A stretch of 64,000 bases of DNA, taken from Octopus vulgaris. Its lineage: Eukaryota. The notes under the pieces are model-generated. The model did not search any database and had not been told where the DNA came from. It worked only from the letters and a program-made list of their open reading frames with translations. The stretch covers positions 30,070,001 through 30,134,000 of the forward strand of contig OX597814.1 in assembly GCA_951406725.2 (NCBI GenBank), in the 5' to 3' direction. The position numbers and the translations under genes are program-made. Positions 56,101 through 64,000 of this stretch are shown one piece after another. Every line of letters starts with the position of its first letter. Position 1 is the first letter of the stretch.

Positions 56101-57530
56101 GTTGCTCCAGTCCAATCAGCTGGCAAAAATGAATAGTACCTGTATTTCAAAGGGCCAGCCTTGTCACACTCTGTGTCACGCTGAATCTCCCTGAGAGCTA
56201 TGTTAAGGGTACACGTGTCTGTGGAATGCTCAGTCACTTACACATTAATTTCATGAGCAAGCTGTTCCGTTGATTGTATCAGCTGAGGCCCTCGTCGTCG
56301 CAACCGACGGAGTGCTCCTATACTAATTTGTCTATGTAGATAAAATAAATGCCACTGGCTACTCTGAGTTATTTCTCTTAGTTAATTTCTGTCTAATTTA
56401 AATCTGTATAATCTTGCCTGTTGAGGTAAAAACATGTGTCTATGAGTGTCCTTTTATCTTCAGACAATAAGCCTGTCTGTTTCCTTTATGACAACATTAG
56501 AGAATTCTGGATTCTTAAGATTTTCTGTCTGTATGTCAGGATTAGTGTTTCTAGGACTACATTTGGCAATACATCCTACTTTTTTAAAAAGATAGCAGCA
56601 TGTGGTTTGCGGCAGATTTGGTGACTGAGTCTATCCAGAGGTTCCCTCATTAGCACATCCCTAGCCATGTTTTTTAATGCAAGAGTTCAGAAAAAGCACC
56701 AGTTATATCAATCTCAAAAGTCTTGGAGTACTCCTCTTCAACAAAGGCACAGACATGACTGTATGGTAAGAAGTTTGCTTCCCAACAACATAGTTTTGGG
56801 GTTCAAGCTCATTAAGTGTCTTCTATCATAGTTTTGGGCTGAGAAAAGCTTAATCATCATCATCATTGTTCGACAATGGAATTTACCATGCTACGCCAGA
56901 CTTCACGGTTCATCATAGCATTACGGATGTCCTGTTGCTGGATGCCTGTATCCCTGGAGAGTACATCAGTGTTGGAGAGTGTGCACCCTCTGGTATTGCG
57001 AGTAGATGGCTTCCAGAGGAGAAGAGTAGAAATTGCCTCGTTTTCAGCTCTTCAACAATGTCCAGCAAAGCTTCACGAGTAGATTTGGTAGATGGAAACT
57101 AAAAGAATCCATCATTTGTGTGTGTGTGCGTATAAATATGTATGTATACTTTTGTTTATATCCCTGTAACTCAGCAGTTTGGTCAAAAAAAAAAAATGAT
57201 AGAATATGTATTAGATTTAAAAATAAATTGAGGGGTTAATTTTTTCAACTAGAGTCTTCAAGGCTATGCTCCAGCATGGTTACAGTTCAATGACTGAAGC
57301 AAATAAAGGAAGATAAAAGATAACAACAATTGAAACAACCACAACAACCAAAATTCAGGTAACAATTGTCTGAAATTCAAATGTTAGAACCAATAAATTC
57401 CAGACATAAAGTTCAATATTTAGCAATACTTACAATGAGATGATAGCTTTTGAATCATAGCCTCTATCTTCTTCACACTGCACCACTGAGCTGATATTTC
57501 CAGAAATTGATTTTGGGAGAAGATGGATAT
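19129..57530 (-). CDS. NRF-6 (nose resistant to fluoxetine 6)/O-acyltransferase-like protein, acyltransferase-3 family; 12 exons, 5' end outside window
   Basis: Exons joined by hand: 1613 nt, every junction GT-AG and phase-compatible. Family motifs [74 protein letters not shown]. Confidence 0.93.
20022..20218. mobile_element. hAT-like MITE
   Basis: TIRs cagcagttctc / gagaaccgttg; degenerate 8-bp flanks gtctagag/gttttgag. Confidence 0.6.
21376..21518 (-). CDS. NRF-6-like exon k
   Basis: tttcag|GT...GCT|gtgag. [48 protein letters not shown]. Confidence 0.95.
21670..22235 (+). mobile_element. Non-autonomous mariner deletion derivative with both TIRs and TA TSD
   Basis: TIRs ttgggttgtccagaaagtt / aactttccggacaacccaa flanked by TA. 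N-terminal [14 protein letters not shown] is joined directly to the C-terminal [27 protein letters not shown]...[13 protein letters not shown]. Confidence 0.93.
22370..22611. mobile_element. hAT-like MITE (related copy at about 40195-40423)
   Basis: Ends cagtggttctt / gtgaaacactg; internal ggatccata and gggtccatc motifs shared with the copy near 40200. Confidence 0.55.
22861..23530 (+). pseudogene. Decayed mariner transposase, 5' half
   Basis: From ATG 23037: [28 protein letters not shown]...[14 protein letters not shown]...[11 protein letters not shown]...[16 protein letters not shown], with stops and frameshifts. Confidence 0.85.
23712..24093 (-). mobile_element. SINE family B, full length with 11-bp TSD
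   Basis: TSD tccagattaat at 23701-23711 and 24094-24104; tRNA-like head. Confidence 0.9.
24410..24573. repeat. 82-bp direct tandem duplication
   Basis: actcc(t)aagggagtgaagtgtttaagtagtag...taggaaacacac occurs twice, with about 3 differences. Confidence 0.9.
27110..27260. repeat. Degenerate (GAT)n trinucleotide tract
   Basis: Directly visible; explains the poly-His ORF 26998-27360. Confidence 0.9.
28373..28559 (-). CDS. NRF-6-like exon j
   Basis: ttgcag|TAT...G|gtaag. [22 protein letters not shown]...[26 protein letters not shown]. Confidence 0.95.
28911..29487. mobile_element. Two RTE-tail short retroposons in tail-to-tail inverted orientation
   Basis: 28911-29092 (+) and 29187-29487 (-) share ccatgctagcatgggttggacgg...ccttcctaacgccaaccactccgtgagtg. 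Confidence 0.85.
29599..29994 (+). mobile_element. Non-autonomous Helitron
   Basis: 5' TC(tttatatataaaag), subterminal hairpin cccgagcaacgctggg, 3' CTAG; inserted between A and T with no TSD. Confidence 0.85.
30428..30824 (-). mobile_element. Non-autonomous Helitron, same family, inverted
   Basis: Reverse complement of the 29599 copy's termini; hairpin cccgagcaacgccggg; A|T insertion site. Confidence 0.87.
32154..32382 (-). mobile_element. SINE family A with 16-bp TSD
   Basis: TSD caaggacaatgatacc at 32138-32153 and 32383-32398. Confidence 0.93.
32530..32876. mobile_element. hAT-like MITE with 8-bp TSD
   Basis: TIRs caagggttctcgacca / tggttgaaaaccccta; TSD gtctgtaa/gtctgtac. Confidence 0.8.
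32906..33032 (-). CDS. NRF-6-like exon i
   Basis: tttcag|T GAC...CGT|gtaag. [42 protein letters not shown] (absent from the ORF track). Confidence 0.95.
33204..33238 (-). ncRNA. Minimal hammerhead-like motif
   Basis: gttt-CTGACGA-a-gag ctcca ctc-GAAA-catt-aaac: canonical CUGANGA/GAAA core with helices I and II. Confidence 0.6.
33385..33468 (+). ncRNA. Hammerhead-like motif with extended helix II
   Basis: acttcc-CTGAAGA-[gattacattg...cagtgatatc]ttc-GAAA-tgtgtt-ggaagt: perfect 6-bp helix I; helix III reads as CpG-decayed ACGCGT. Confidence 0.55.
34000..34229 (-). mobile_element. SINE family A nested in the mariner relic
   Basis: TSD ttt(g/a)tgatcaagtgt on both sides. Confidence 0.88.
34912..35355 (+). 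mobile_element. tRNA-derived SINE, family C, with an internal (TA/TG)n tract
   Basis: Head ggctgtgtggtaagtagcttgc...gggttcagtccc, CORE-like ccttgggcaa, 3' ctccagcatggccgcagtcaaatgactgaaacaagtaaaaga. Other copies near 37518-37918(-), 41802-42195(+), 48572-49336(-), 52950-53420(+), 60323-60722(-). Confidence 0.88.
35771..35992. mobile_element. piggyBac-type MITE
   Basis: TTAA|CCCTTT ... AAAGGG|TTAA; second copy at 46575-46794. Confidence 0.88.
36760..36873 (-). CDS. NRF-6-like exon h
   Basis: ttccag|T TCA...AG|gtaag. [37 protein letters not shown]; 114 nt, phase 2-2. Confidence 0.9.
37518..37918 (-). mobile_element. SINE family C
   Basis: Reverse complement of the 34912 copy. Confidence 0.87.
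38195..38375 (+). mobile_element. 3' end of a LINE (RTE-like) inserted in a family C SINE
   Basis: [24 protein letters not shown]...[12 protein letters not shown] with a (TGA)n tail; TSD tgtgtttatgtcct; second copy at 56854-57075 (-). Confidence 0.75.
39014..39434. mobile_element. MITE with about 28-bp GG-initiated TIRs and a perfect 8-bp TSD
   Basis: TIRs ggatcttttcagtttgaatggcagtttt / aaaactgccgttcaaacggaaaagatcc; TSD gaaagatg at 39006-39013 and 39435-39442. Confidence 0.9.
39643..39722 (-). CDS. NRF-6-like exon g
   Basis: tttag|TGT...CA|gtaag. [26 protein letters not shown](H). Confidence 0.95.
39855..40008. repeat. (CAC/CAT)n then (CTT)n trinucleotide tract
   Basis: Directly visible; explains the SP-, GD- and VM-rich ORFs. 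Confidence 0.92.
42646..42817 (-). CDS. NRF-6-like exon f
   Basis: accag|C TTG...ATG|gtaag. [26 protein letters not shown]...[23 protein letters not shown]. Confidence 0.95.
43080..43790 (-). pseudogene. Decayed fragment of an RLE-type non-LTR retrotransposon (R4/Dong-like)
   Basis: [17 protein letters not shown] followed, after a frameshift, by [23 protein letters not shown] and QHDIVVK, resembling a decayed CCHC zinc-knuckle region. Confidence 0.6.
44026..44118 (-). CDS. NRF-6-like exon e
   Basis: catcag|...CG|gtaag. [30 protein letters not shown](R). Confidence 0.93.
44946..45039 (-). CDS. NRF-6-like exon d
   Basis: tttag|...AG|gtatg. [30 protein letters not shown](S). Confidence 0.93.
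46575..46794. mobile_element. piggyBac-type MITE (second copy)
   Basis: TTAA-flanked; homologous to 35771-35992. Confidence 0.88.
46817..46984 (-). CDS. NRF-6-like exon c
   Basis: ttgcag|...|gtaag. [55 protein letters not shown]. Confidence 0.95.
47255..48535 (+). mobile_element. Near full-length Tc1-like transposon with a pseudogenised transposase
   Basis: TIRs caggtgttggacaaaataatggaaaca / tgtttttcattattttgtccaaaccct with TA flanks. Motifs [42 protein letters not shown], with stops and frameshifts. Confidence 0.93.
49368..51413 (-). mobile_element. Probable non-autonomous Helitron with nested insertions
   Basis: Minus-strand 5' TC(ttctctatatataaaac) at 51413; 3' hairpin and CTAG at 49368-49371. 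The two ends could belong to different copies. Confidence 0.55.
52066..52387 (+). mobile_element. 3' end of a LINE with a (CAAGT)n tail
   Basis: TSD actggcatcga on both sides; inserted in an older RTE-tail repeat. Confidence 0.7.
53446..53657 (-). CDS. NRF-6-like exon b
   Basis: tag|G ATT ATC...TTA G|gtaaa. [20 protein letters not shown] helix followed by a hydrophilic loop. Confidence 0.85.
53833..54315 (+). mobile_element. 3' part of the same Tc1-like family, interrupted by an RTE-tail element (54106-54258)
   Basis: Homologous to about 48210-48535; ends in the TIR ttttgtccaaccactg|TA. Confidence 0.85.
55638..56318 (+). mobile_element. Head-to-tail pair of family B-related SINEs
   Basis: Two units of about 325 bp (55638-55965, 55993-56318) separated by (TATG)n. 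Confidence 0.88.
57434..57530 (-). CDS. NRF-6-like exon a (most 5' found)
   Basis: ttgcag|AT...TT|gtaagt. (D)[31 protein letters not shown](L); phase 2 end matches the next exon; looks like the end of the NRF domain before the first TM helix. Confidence 0.8.
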
Positions 57531-57954
57531 CTGCAATCATAAGAATATTTTGATAAGTAAAGGTCTACAGCCAAGGGGAAAAATATTTCTGTCTCCCTTT
57601 CTCTCTCTCTACATATCTATCTCATCACCATCATCATGTTTGTGTAGTATAGTCTGTAAGAGATGCTTTCTCAAGATGTAAAGTGCAGTTTAGAAGGCTT
57701 TCAGCAGTATATGTGTATTGATTATGATATGCAGATTGCTAATTTGAACTGATATTGTTACTGTCATTAATAACGAATTTTCATTCAACCTGCTGGCTAA
57801 ATGCGACATCAGTTTTACTAAATCAGTTAGCTTCTGACATTTCACTTAGAATGTGGTGCCAATGACTTGCTATTGATGAAGCTCAAAATAGCAGAACTCT
57901 GGGTTTATAAATATATTATGTTTGTATGTGCATATACGTATATGTATTATGTAT

Positions 57955-58390
57955 GCATACAATGCATCTCCATCTTTCCTTTAACTTGAAAATACCCTCT
58001 TCCCAGAATTGAGGTGGCAAAGAATTCATCAAGATATCTTTTTACGTCACCCAAAGAATTGAAATTTTTACCATTACGACTATTCCGCAGGGACCTGAAT
58101 AAGTGGAAATCCAAAGGAGCAATATATGATGAATATGGAGGGTGGGGTAACACATCCTAGCCGAGCTGCAGCAATTTTTGTCTGGTTTCCAAAGCATCAA
58201 GTGCCGAAAATGAACTTTCTTCTCTTCCATTTTAAAGGGTTACAGAATTAATACAGGTTATAGGAACATAAACCTTCTTCCATGAAAAGATAGCTTAAAC
58301 TGTGCTCTAAATGGAAGTGTAGTCAAATCCTATTTTATGGAATCAACTACATTATAAAATAAGTCGGCATGAACTTTCCGGACAACCCAA
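57955..58390 (-). mobile_element. Second copy of the mariner deletion derivative, 3'-truncated
   Basis: Same N-/C-terminal junction as 21670-22235; TIR and TA at 58390; [21 protein letters not shown]. Confidence 0.9.
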
Positions 58391-58904
58391 TACGTACATG
58401 ATAATGCTGGAACATTACCTGTCATATGATAGGTAATTTTGGAAGTCTATCCATGCCATAATGAGTAATATCAGGAAATATGGCATTCAACAATAACTAT
58501 ATTATAAAGTTTTTTCGAATTCCTTGATGCCAAACAAAATGATAAAATGAATATCAATTTTCAAAAGAAAATATCTATTATCTGAAAATAAAATTAGATA
58601 ACACAAATTTCTAATTTGTGTAGCTCCTCATTTAATTGCTACCATTTGCTCTTCTTCCTCCTCCTGCCATCCTGCGCCTCATATGTTAACTCTTCCTCTA
58701 TCTCTCTTTTATTTCATATGATGTAAAGCATGACTGAAGAAATTTACCAGAGAAATTATGTGTATGTGTAGGCATTTATATGCATGTATATATATGTGTG
58801 TGTGTGTGTGTGTCTCTTCTATTTTTTTAATCATTATAAATCTTTCACTGAGGAGGGAGCTGGTTTCCTACAAGGATACAAGGCTCCATCTCTTGAATGT
58901 AGTT

Positions 58905-59617
58905 AACACATACATACATAAATTACATATATACATACATACATATGTACATACGTACGTAAATACATATAGATATACATACATACATATGTACATACAT
59001 ATATATATACATATGTATGTACATACATACATATGTATGTACATACATACATATGTACATACATGCATTTGTATGTACATACATACATACATATGTATGT
59101 ACATACATACATACATATGTATGTACATACATATGTATGTATGTACATACATAAATACATATGTATGTATGTACATACATAAATACATATGTATGTATGT
59201 ACATACATAAATACATATGTATGTATGTACATACATACATACATATGTATGTATGTACATACATACATACGTATGTATGTACATACATACGTACGTACGT
59301 ACATACATACGTACGTACGTACGTACATACATACGTACGTACGTACATACATACGTACGTACGTACGTACATACATACGTAAGTACGTACATACGTACGT
59401 ACGTACATATACGTACGTACGTACATACGTACGTACGTACGTACATACGTACGTACGTACGTACATACGTACGTACGTACGTACATACGTACGTACGTAC
59501 GTACATACATACATACATACATACATACATACATACATACATACATACATACATACATACATACATACATACATACATACATACATACATACAAACAAAC
59601 AAACAAACAAACAAACA
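58905..59617. repeat. Compound tetranucleotide array (TACA/TATG, TACG, TACA, CAAA)
   Basis: Directly visible. Confidence 0.96.
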
Positions 59618-59713
59618 ATGTATTGCTGTCTTTACTTCACTTAATTACTGCTTTTTACCTTTCTTTCCAACAAGTTGTAGTGCATCGTGACATTGTATAC
59701 AATAAACCCATTA

Positions 59714-59747
<34 letters not shown>

Positions 59748-60513
59748 CATATCCTAAATTAATACTTCTAAATTAATACTTTTAAATTAATACTTATATC
59801 TTTAGTATTATCAGTTTTATTGTTACTTTTATGATTACCATTATTTCCATTATTACTATTCGAAGTCAAATACTGCAGTTGATGCTACCATTTGCTTTGG
59901 CCTTGTACTTCTGTAATGTAAACACTGTTATCAATTTGATCGGTATCTTTATTTGTATCACCATTGTTGTCTGGCAGCAGTGGCGAAGGTAAAGTTCAAT
60001 GGTGGTACTTTGTTATCAATACCACGATGTATATATTTCTATCATCATTATCATTATAAGTAATCAATTGGCTAACTTTTAATGAAATGCCTATCCTTAA
60101 CTAATACTCTGCCTTCCCAAAATTTTATTGTACCCCATTCTTAATTTATATTCAGTTTCATATATCTTCTTTAAAAATCCTTCCTCATCTCTCTTCTATT
60201 CTTGCTCATCCTGCAGACCATAGTCAATAGCTGACCTAGTCACGTACTTTTCTAAACTCTCTCCAAATTTCATATCCTTTAATTGTCATCGTTTTTTTTT
60301 TTTTTGTTATCACTATCTTCTGCTCTTTTACTTGTTTCAGTCATTTGACTGTGGCCATGCTGGAGCACTGCCTTTTTAGTCAAGCAAATCGGCCCCAGGA
60401 CTTATTCTTTGTAAGCCTAGTACTTATTCCATCGGTCTCTTTTGCCGAACCGGGGACGTAAACACACCAGCATTGGTTGTCAAGCGATGTTGGTGTGGAC
60501 AAACACAGACACA

Positions 60514-60570
<57 letters not shown>

Positions 60571-61035
60571 AACAGGCTTCTTTCAGTTTCCGTCTACCAA
60601 ATCCACTCACAAGCCCGAGGCTATAGTAGAAGACACTTGCCCAAGGTGCTATGCAATGTGACTGAACCCAGAACCATGTCGTTCGTAAGCAAGCTACTTA
60701 CCACACAGCCACTCCTATGCCTATTATCATTCATTATTTCTCCATTTTACTTGGCAGAATCGATAGAGTGTTGAATAAAATGCTTCTAAAGTATTTCTTT
60801 CAGTCCATAATGTTCTGAGTTCAAATTCCACCGAGGTCATCTTTGCCATTCATCCTTTCCGGGTCAGTGAAATAAAGTAGCTAGTTGAGTATGCTTGATC
60901 AATGTAATTGAATAACTTGATTTGATTGAGAGAGTGAGCTAATGTACAATACAAACATTTGATCACTATCAACAATTCATTTGTGCAGGTCGATTAGCAA
61001 AATCTGAACTCTCATATGTCATCTTCAGAGAGTCC

Positions 61036-61600
61036 ATCATCATCATCATCATCATCATCATTGTTTAACGTCCGCTTTCCATGCTGGCATGGGTTGGATG
61101 ATTTGACTGAGGATTGGTGAACCAGATAGCTGCACCAGGCTCCAATCTTGATCTAGCTGAGTTTCTACAGCTTGATGCCCTTCCTAACGTCAACCATTCT
61201 GAGAGTGTAGTGGGTGCTTTTACGTGCCACCAGCATGGGGGCCAGTCAGGTGGTACTGGCAATGACCTCGCTCAAATATTTTTTCATGTGCCAGTGAGGT
61301 GATGCTGGTAATGATCACGCTCGAATGGTGCCTTTAAGTGCCACTGGCATAGAAGCCAGTTAGCTGCTCTGGCAACAATCATGCTTGGATGGTACTCTTA
61401 GCACCCCACTAGCACGGGGCACAAGTGCCAGTAAGGTGACGCTGGTAACGATCACACTCAAATGGTGCCTTTTATGTGCCACTGGCACGGAAGCCAGTTA
61501 GCCGCTCTGTCAATGAGCATGCTCGTATGGTGCTCTTTGCGCCCTGCTAGCACGGATGCCAGTCATCAAATTTGATTTCGATTTGCTCATCATCATTATT
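61036..61600 (-). mobile_element. RTE-tail retroposon with internal sub-repeats of about 60 bp
   Basis: (CAT)n tail and family core; repeated atggtgc...gtgccactggca units. Confidence 0.75.
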
Positions 61601-63140
61601 ATTATTGAGTGAGAGAGCGGTGCATGCCATCAAAGTGACACCAGGGTAAAATATACAAAGCCCAGTATACCCATCTGATAAGGGTACACCAGGCATATGC
61701 ATCACAACCATATGTGTGCGACATGGCGATCTCATATCAAGATAAATAGTACACGACCTTGCAGGTGGGGCCCAGTTAGAGTTTTCTTCAGGTTGAGTAG
61801 CCCATCCTGCTCAAAAGGTCCCTGAATAAGAGTTGTTTAAGGATGTTTCCTGAGGTGAATTATCCAAACCCCAAAGAATCCCTCTCAACACATGGCTATG
61901 ATACTCCCCCACTACTTCTGCTCGTGATTAGAGATGCACATATTGTCAGCCACTAAGGGGCGTACTCAACTGGTTATGATCAAACAACTGACAAGCAAAT
62001 CTGTGGTATTGAGCAGAATATTTGCTGTAGCCCATCTTTTATATGAAGACAAAACAATGTACATGATAACACTTCCAGTCAGTTAAGATCAGAAGCCATG
62101 AGAACTACTGCCTGGTACTGCATCAGGGCAATTGGACTGCAACCACGCTTGGGCACCTCTTTGAAAGGTTTTGTTGATCAAATTGACTCCAGTACATATT
62201 TTTTGGTCATACCTACAAAAGTGTGCACCCCCACCCCCGGACTTTGTTTCCTCATAACCTCCAGAAAAAGGCAGCGAGGAGGCAGAACCATTACTGCTCT
62301 AGAAAAACTGCTTAACAGTATTTCTTCCATCTTTATGTTCTGAGTTCAAATGCCACCGGGGTCAATTTTGCTTTTCATTGTTATGGGGTTGATAAATTAA
62401 GTACTAGTGAAACACTAGGGTTGATATAATTGACTAGTCTCTTCCCCAACAATTTCAGGCCTTGTACCAGTAGTAGAAAGGATTATTATTATTATTATAA
62501 TTATTAATATTATTATTATCATCTTGTTGTTATTGTTTTTTACCATTGTTTCAAAAATTATAGTCAGTACTACAACTATTTTACACATTATTTTCCATGT
62601 TAGTTATTCTATTCCTATTTTTATTCTCACTATTATTACCTCTGCCTTCAGGTGGAGGTATTGTTTTCAGTTGTCTTTGTTTGTTAGTTTGTTTTTCTGT
62701 GGACAAGATATCTCAAGAACTGCTGGATGGATTCGGATAAAACTTTCAGGGATGACTGGCACAAACTGTTTAGATTTTGGGATTGATTAGATACTGGACA
62801 AAGATTCTGGATCATTTTTCCTGTTTCTTTACTTTTACATGTGTGGGTAAAGTTTCACTTAGTTCTCTTGTACATGCACACACATACACACACACATTTT
62901 CAGCGTTGAACCTTATCATCCCATTTCCATTGTACACACACACATGTACGCAAACATAGCTTGCTTTTACAAACAAATCTACTCACACTTCAAATGCCGT
63001 TCATTGGCTTTTTCACTCTTTCCTTCATTATTCATCTATCACCCCTTCCTTTCTCATTCATACAATGCTCGCTGTGCCATTTATCTTCTCTACCTTCACT
63101 TCTCACTCTGGCTCTATTTTATGCACACACACATACACAT

Positions 63141-63182
<42 letters not shown>

Positions 63183-63401
63183 AAATATTAGGGAATAGAT
63201 CCAAACTTACAGGGAAAAATCAGATTTAGGATTAAATCCAATTTTATAGTAAAATATATTATATTATATTAAATTAGAGATAAAACCACTATTAGGCAAA
63301 TCAAACAATGAAAAACATAAGCCAATACATAAAATTAATTAATTTATATTATTTTAAATATATATCAAAAGTATTAAAAGTTTAATAAAAGATAAAGAGT
63401 A

Positions 63402-63474
63402 AAACACTACGATCGTTTCATGGCTGTACAATTCGTAATAATTTGAGTAATGGTTACAGTCAATCTTCAGGTTA
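63402..63474 (-). ncRNA. Hammerhead-like motif with palindromic helix III
   Basis: aac-CTGAAGA-t-tgactgta...tacagcca-t-GAAA-cgatcg-TA-gtgtt; ACGATCGT palindrome and GUA triplet. Confidence 0.55.
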
Positions 63475-63713
63475 ATTGAAATATTTATCTTAGTGAGGTT
63501 TAGCATATATATATATATATATATATATACAAATATACATATATATATATATATACAAATATATATACATACATATATATATATCTACAAATATATATAC
63601 ATACATATATATATAATGGGAAGCTTTATGAAAATAGACAAAAGACGAAGGCAGGTGGAAAACAAACGAACAATTGTATTAGTATGGCGCTCAGGAAATA
63701 TAAATAAAACAAG

Positions 63714-63751
63714 TCTTTAACGTTTCGAGCCTACGCTCTTCAACAGAAAGA
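63714..63751 (-). ncRNA. Minimal hammerhead-like motif with CUGUUGA core
   Basis: tcttt-CTGTTGA-a-gagc gtag gctc-GAAA-cg-TT-aaaga: perfect helices I and II, ACGT palindromic helix III. Confidence 0.6.
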
Positions 63752-64000
63752 TACACAGAGAGAAAAAAAACACAGAAAGAAGGAGAGAAAAAAATGCGTG
63801 CAGTAGCTAACGAATCAACATGGCGATCTGATTTCGGCCAGAGGTCAAAGATCAAACATGAGACGCGAGAGCGAAATAAGGGGAGATAATAGGGTTGATA
63901 ATAGGGTTGAAGGACCAGCTAATAGTGCGTAGGAGGGGTCTGGACGTGTGTATGTATAGGGTTGGTGTATGTATTAGTATGTATAAGGGTGTGTGTGTGT

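Noticed and set aside
58417-58500. Possible additional upstream NRF-6-like exon (gacag|gtaat donor on -)
   Set aside because: The required phase-1 frame meets a stop within a few codons and shows no NRF-domain similarity.

Overview
AT-rich, microsatellite-dense animal genomic DNA. The SINE families and repeat landscape look like octopus (coleoid cephalopod); this is an inference. Two convergent protein genes are present. On + is the last coding exon of a PQ-loop transporter (PQLC1/SLC66A2-like, 1628-1817). On - are 12 coding exons (57530 down to 19129) of an NRF-6/OACYL-like acyltransferase-3 membrane protein, all with GT-AG borders and matching phases, giving about 536 aa; its 5' exons appear to lie beyond the window. 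The introns and intergenic DNA are a nested mosaic of tRNA-derived SINEs (several with clear TSDs), RTE and R4/Dong-like LINE remnants, mariner/Tc1/maT relics, hAT-, piggyBac- and GG-ended MITEs, and non-autonomous Helitrons. Most ORFs in the supplied track are microsatellite artefacts. Two unannotated signals stand out: (1) a dispersed set of minimal type I hammerhead-ribozyme-like motifs with palindromic helix III, typical of Penelope-like element termini, including a recurring CUGUNGA core variant; (2) long intronic inverted repeats that could form dsRNA in the NRF-6-like pre-mRNA.
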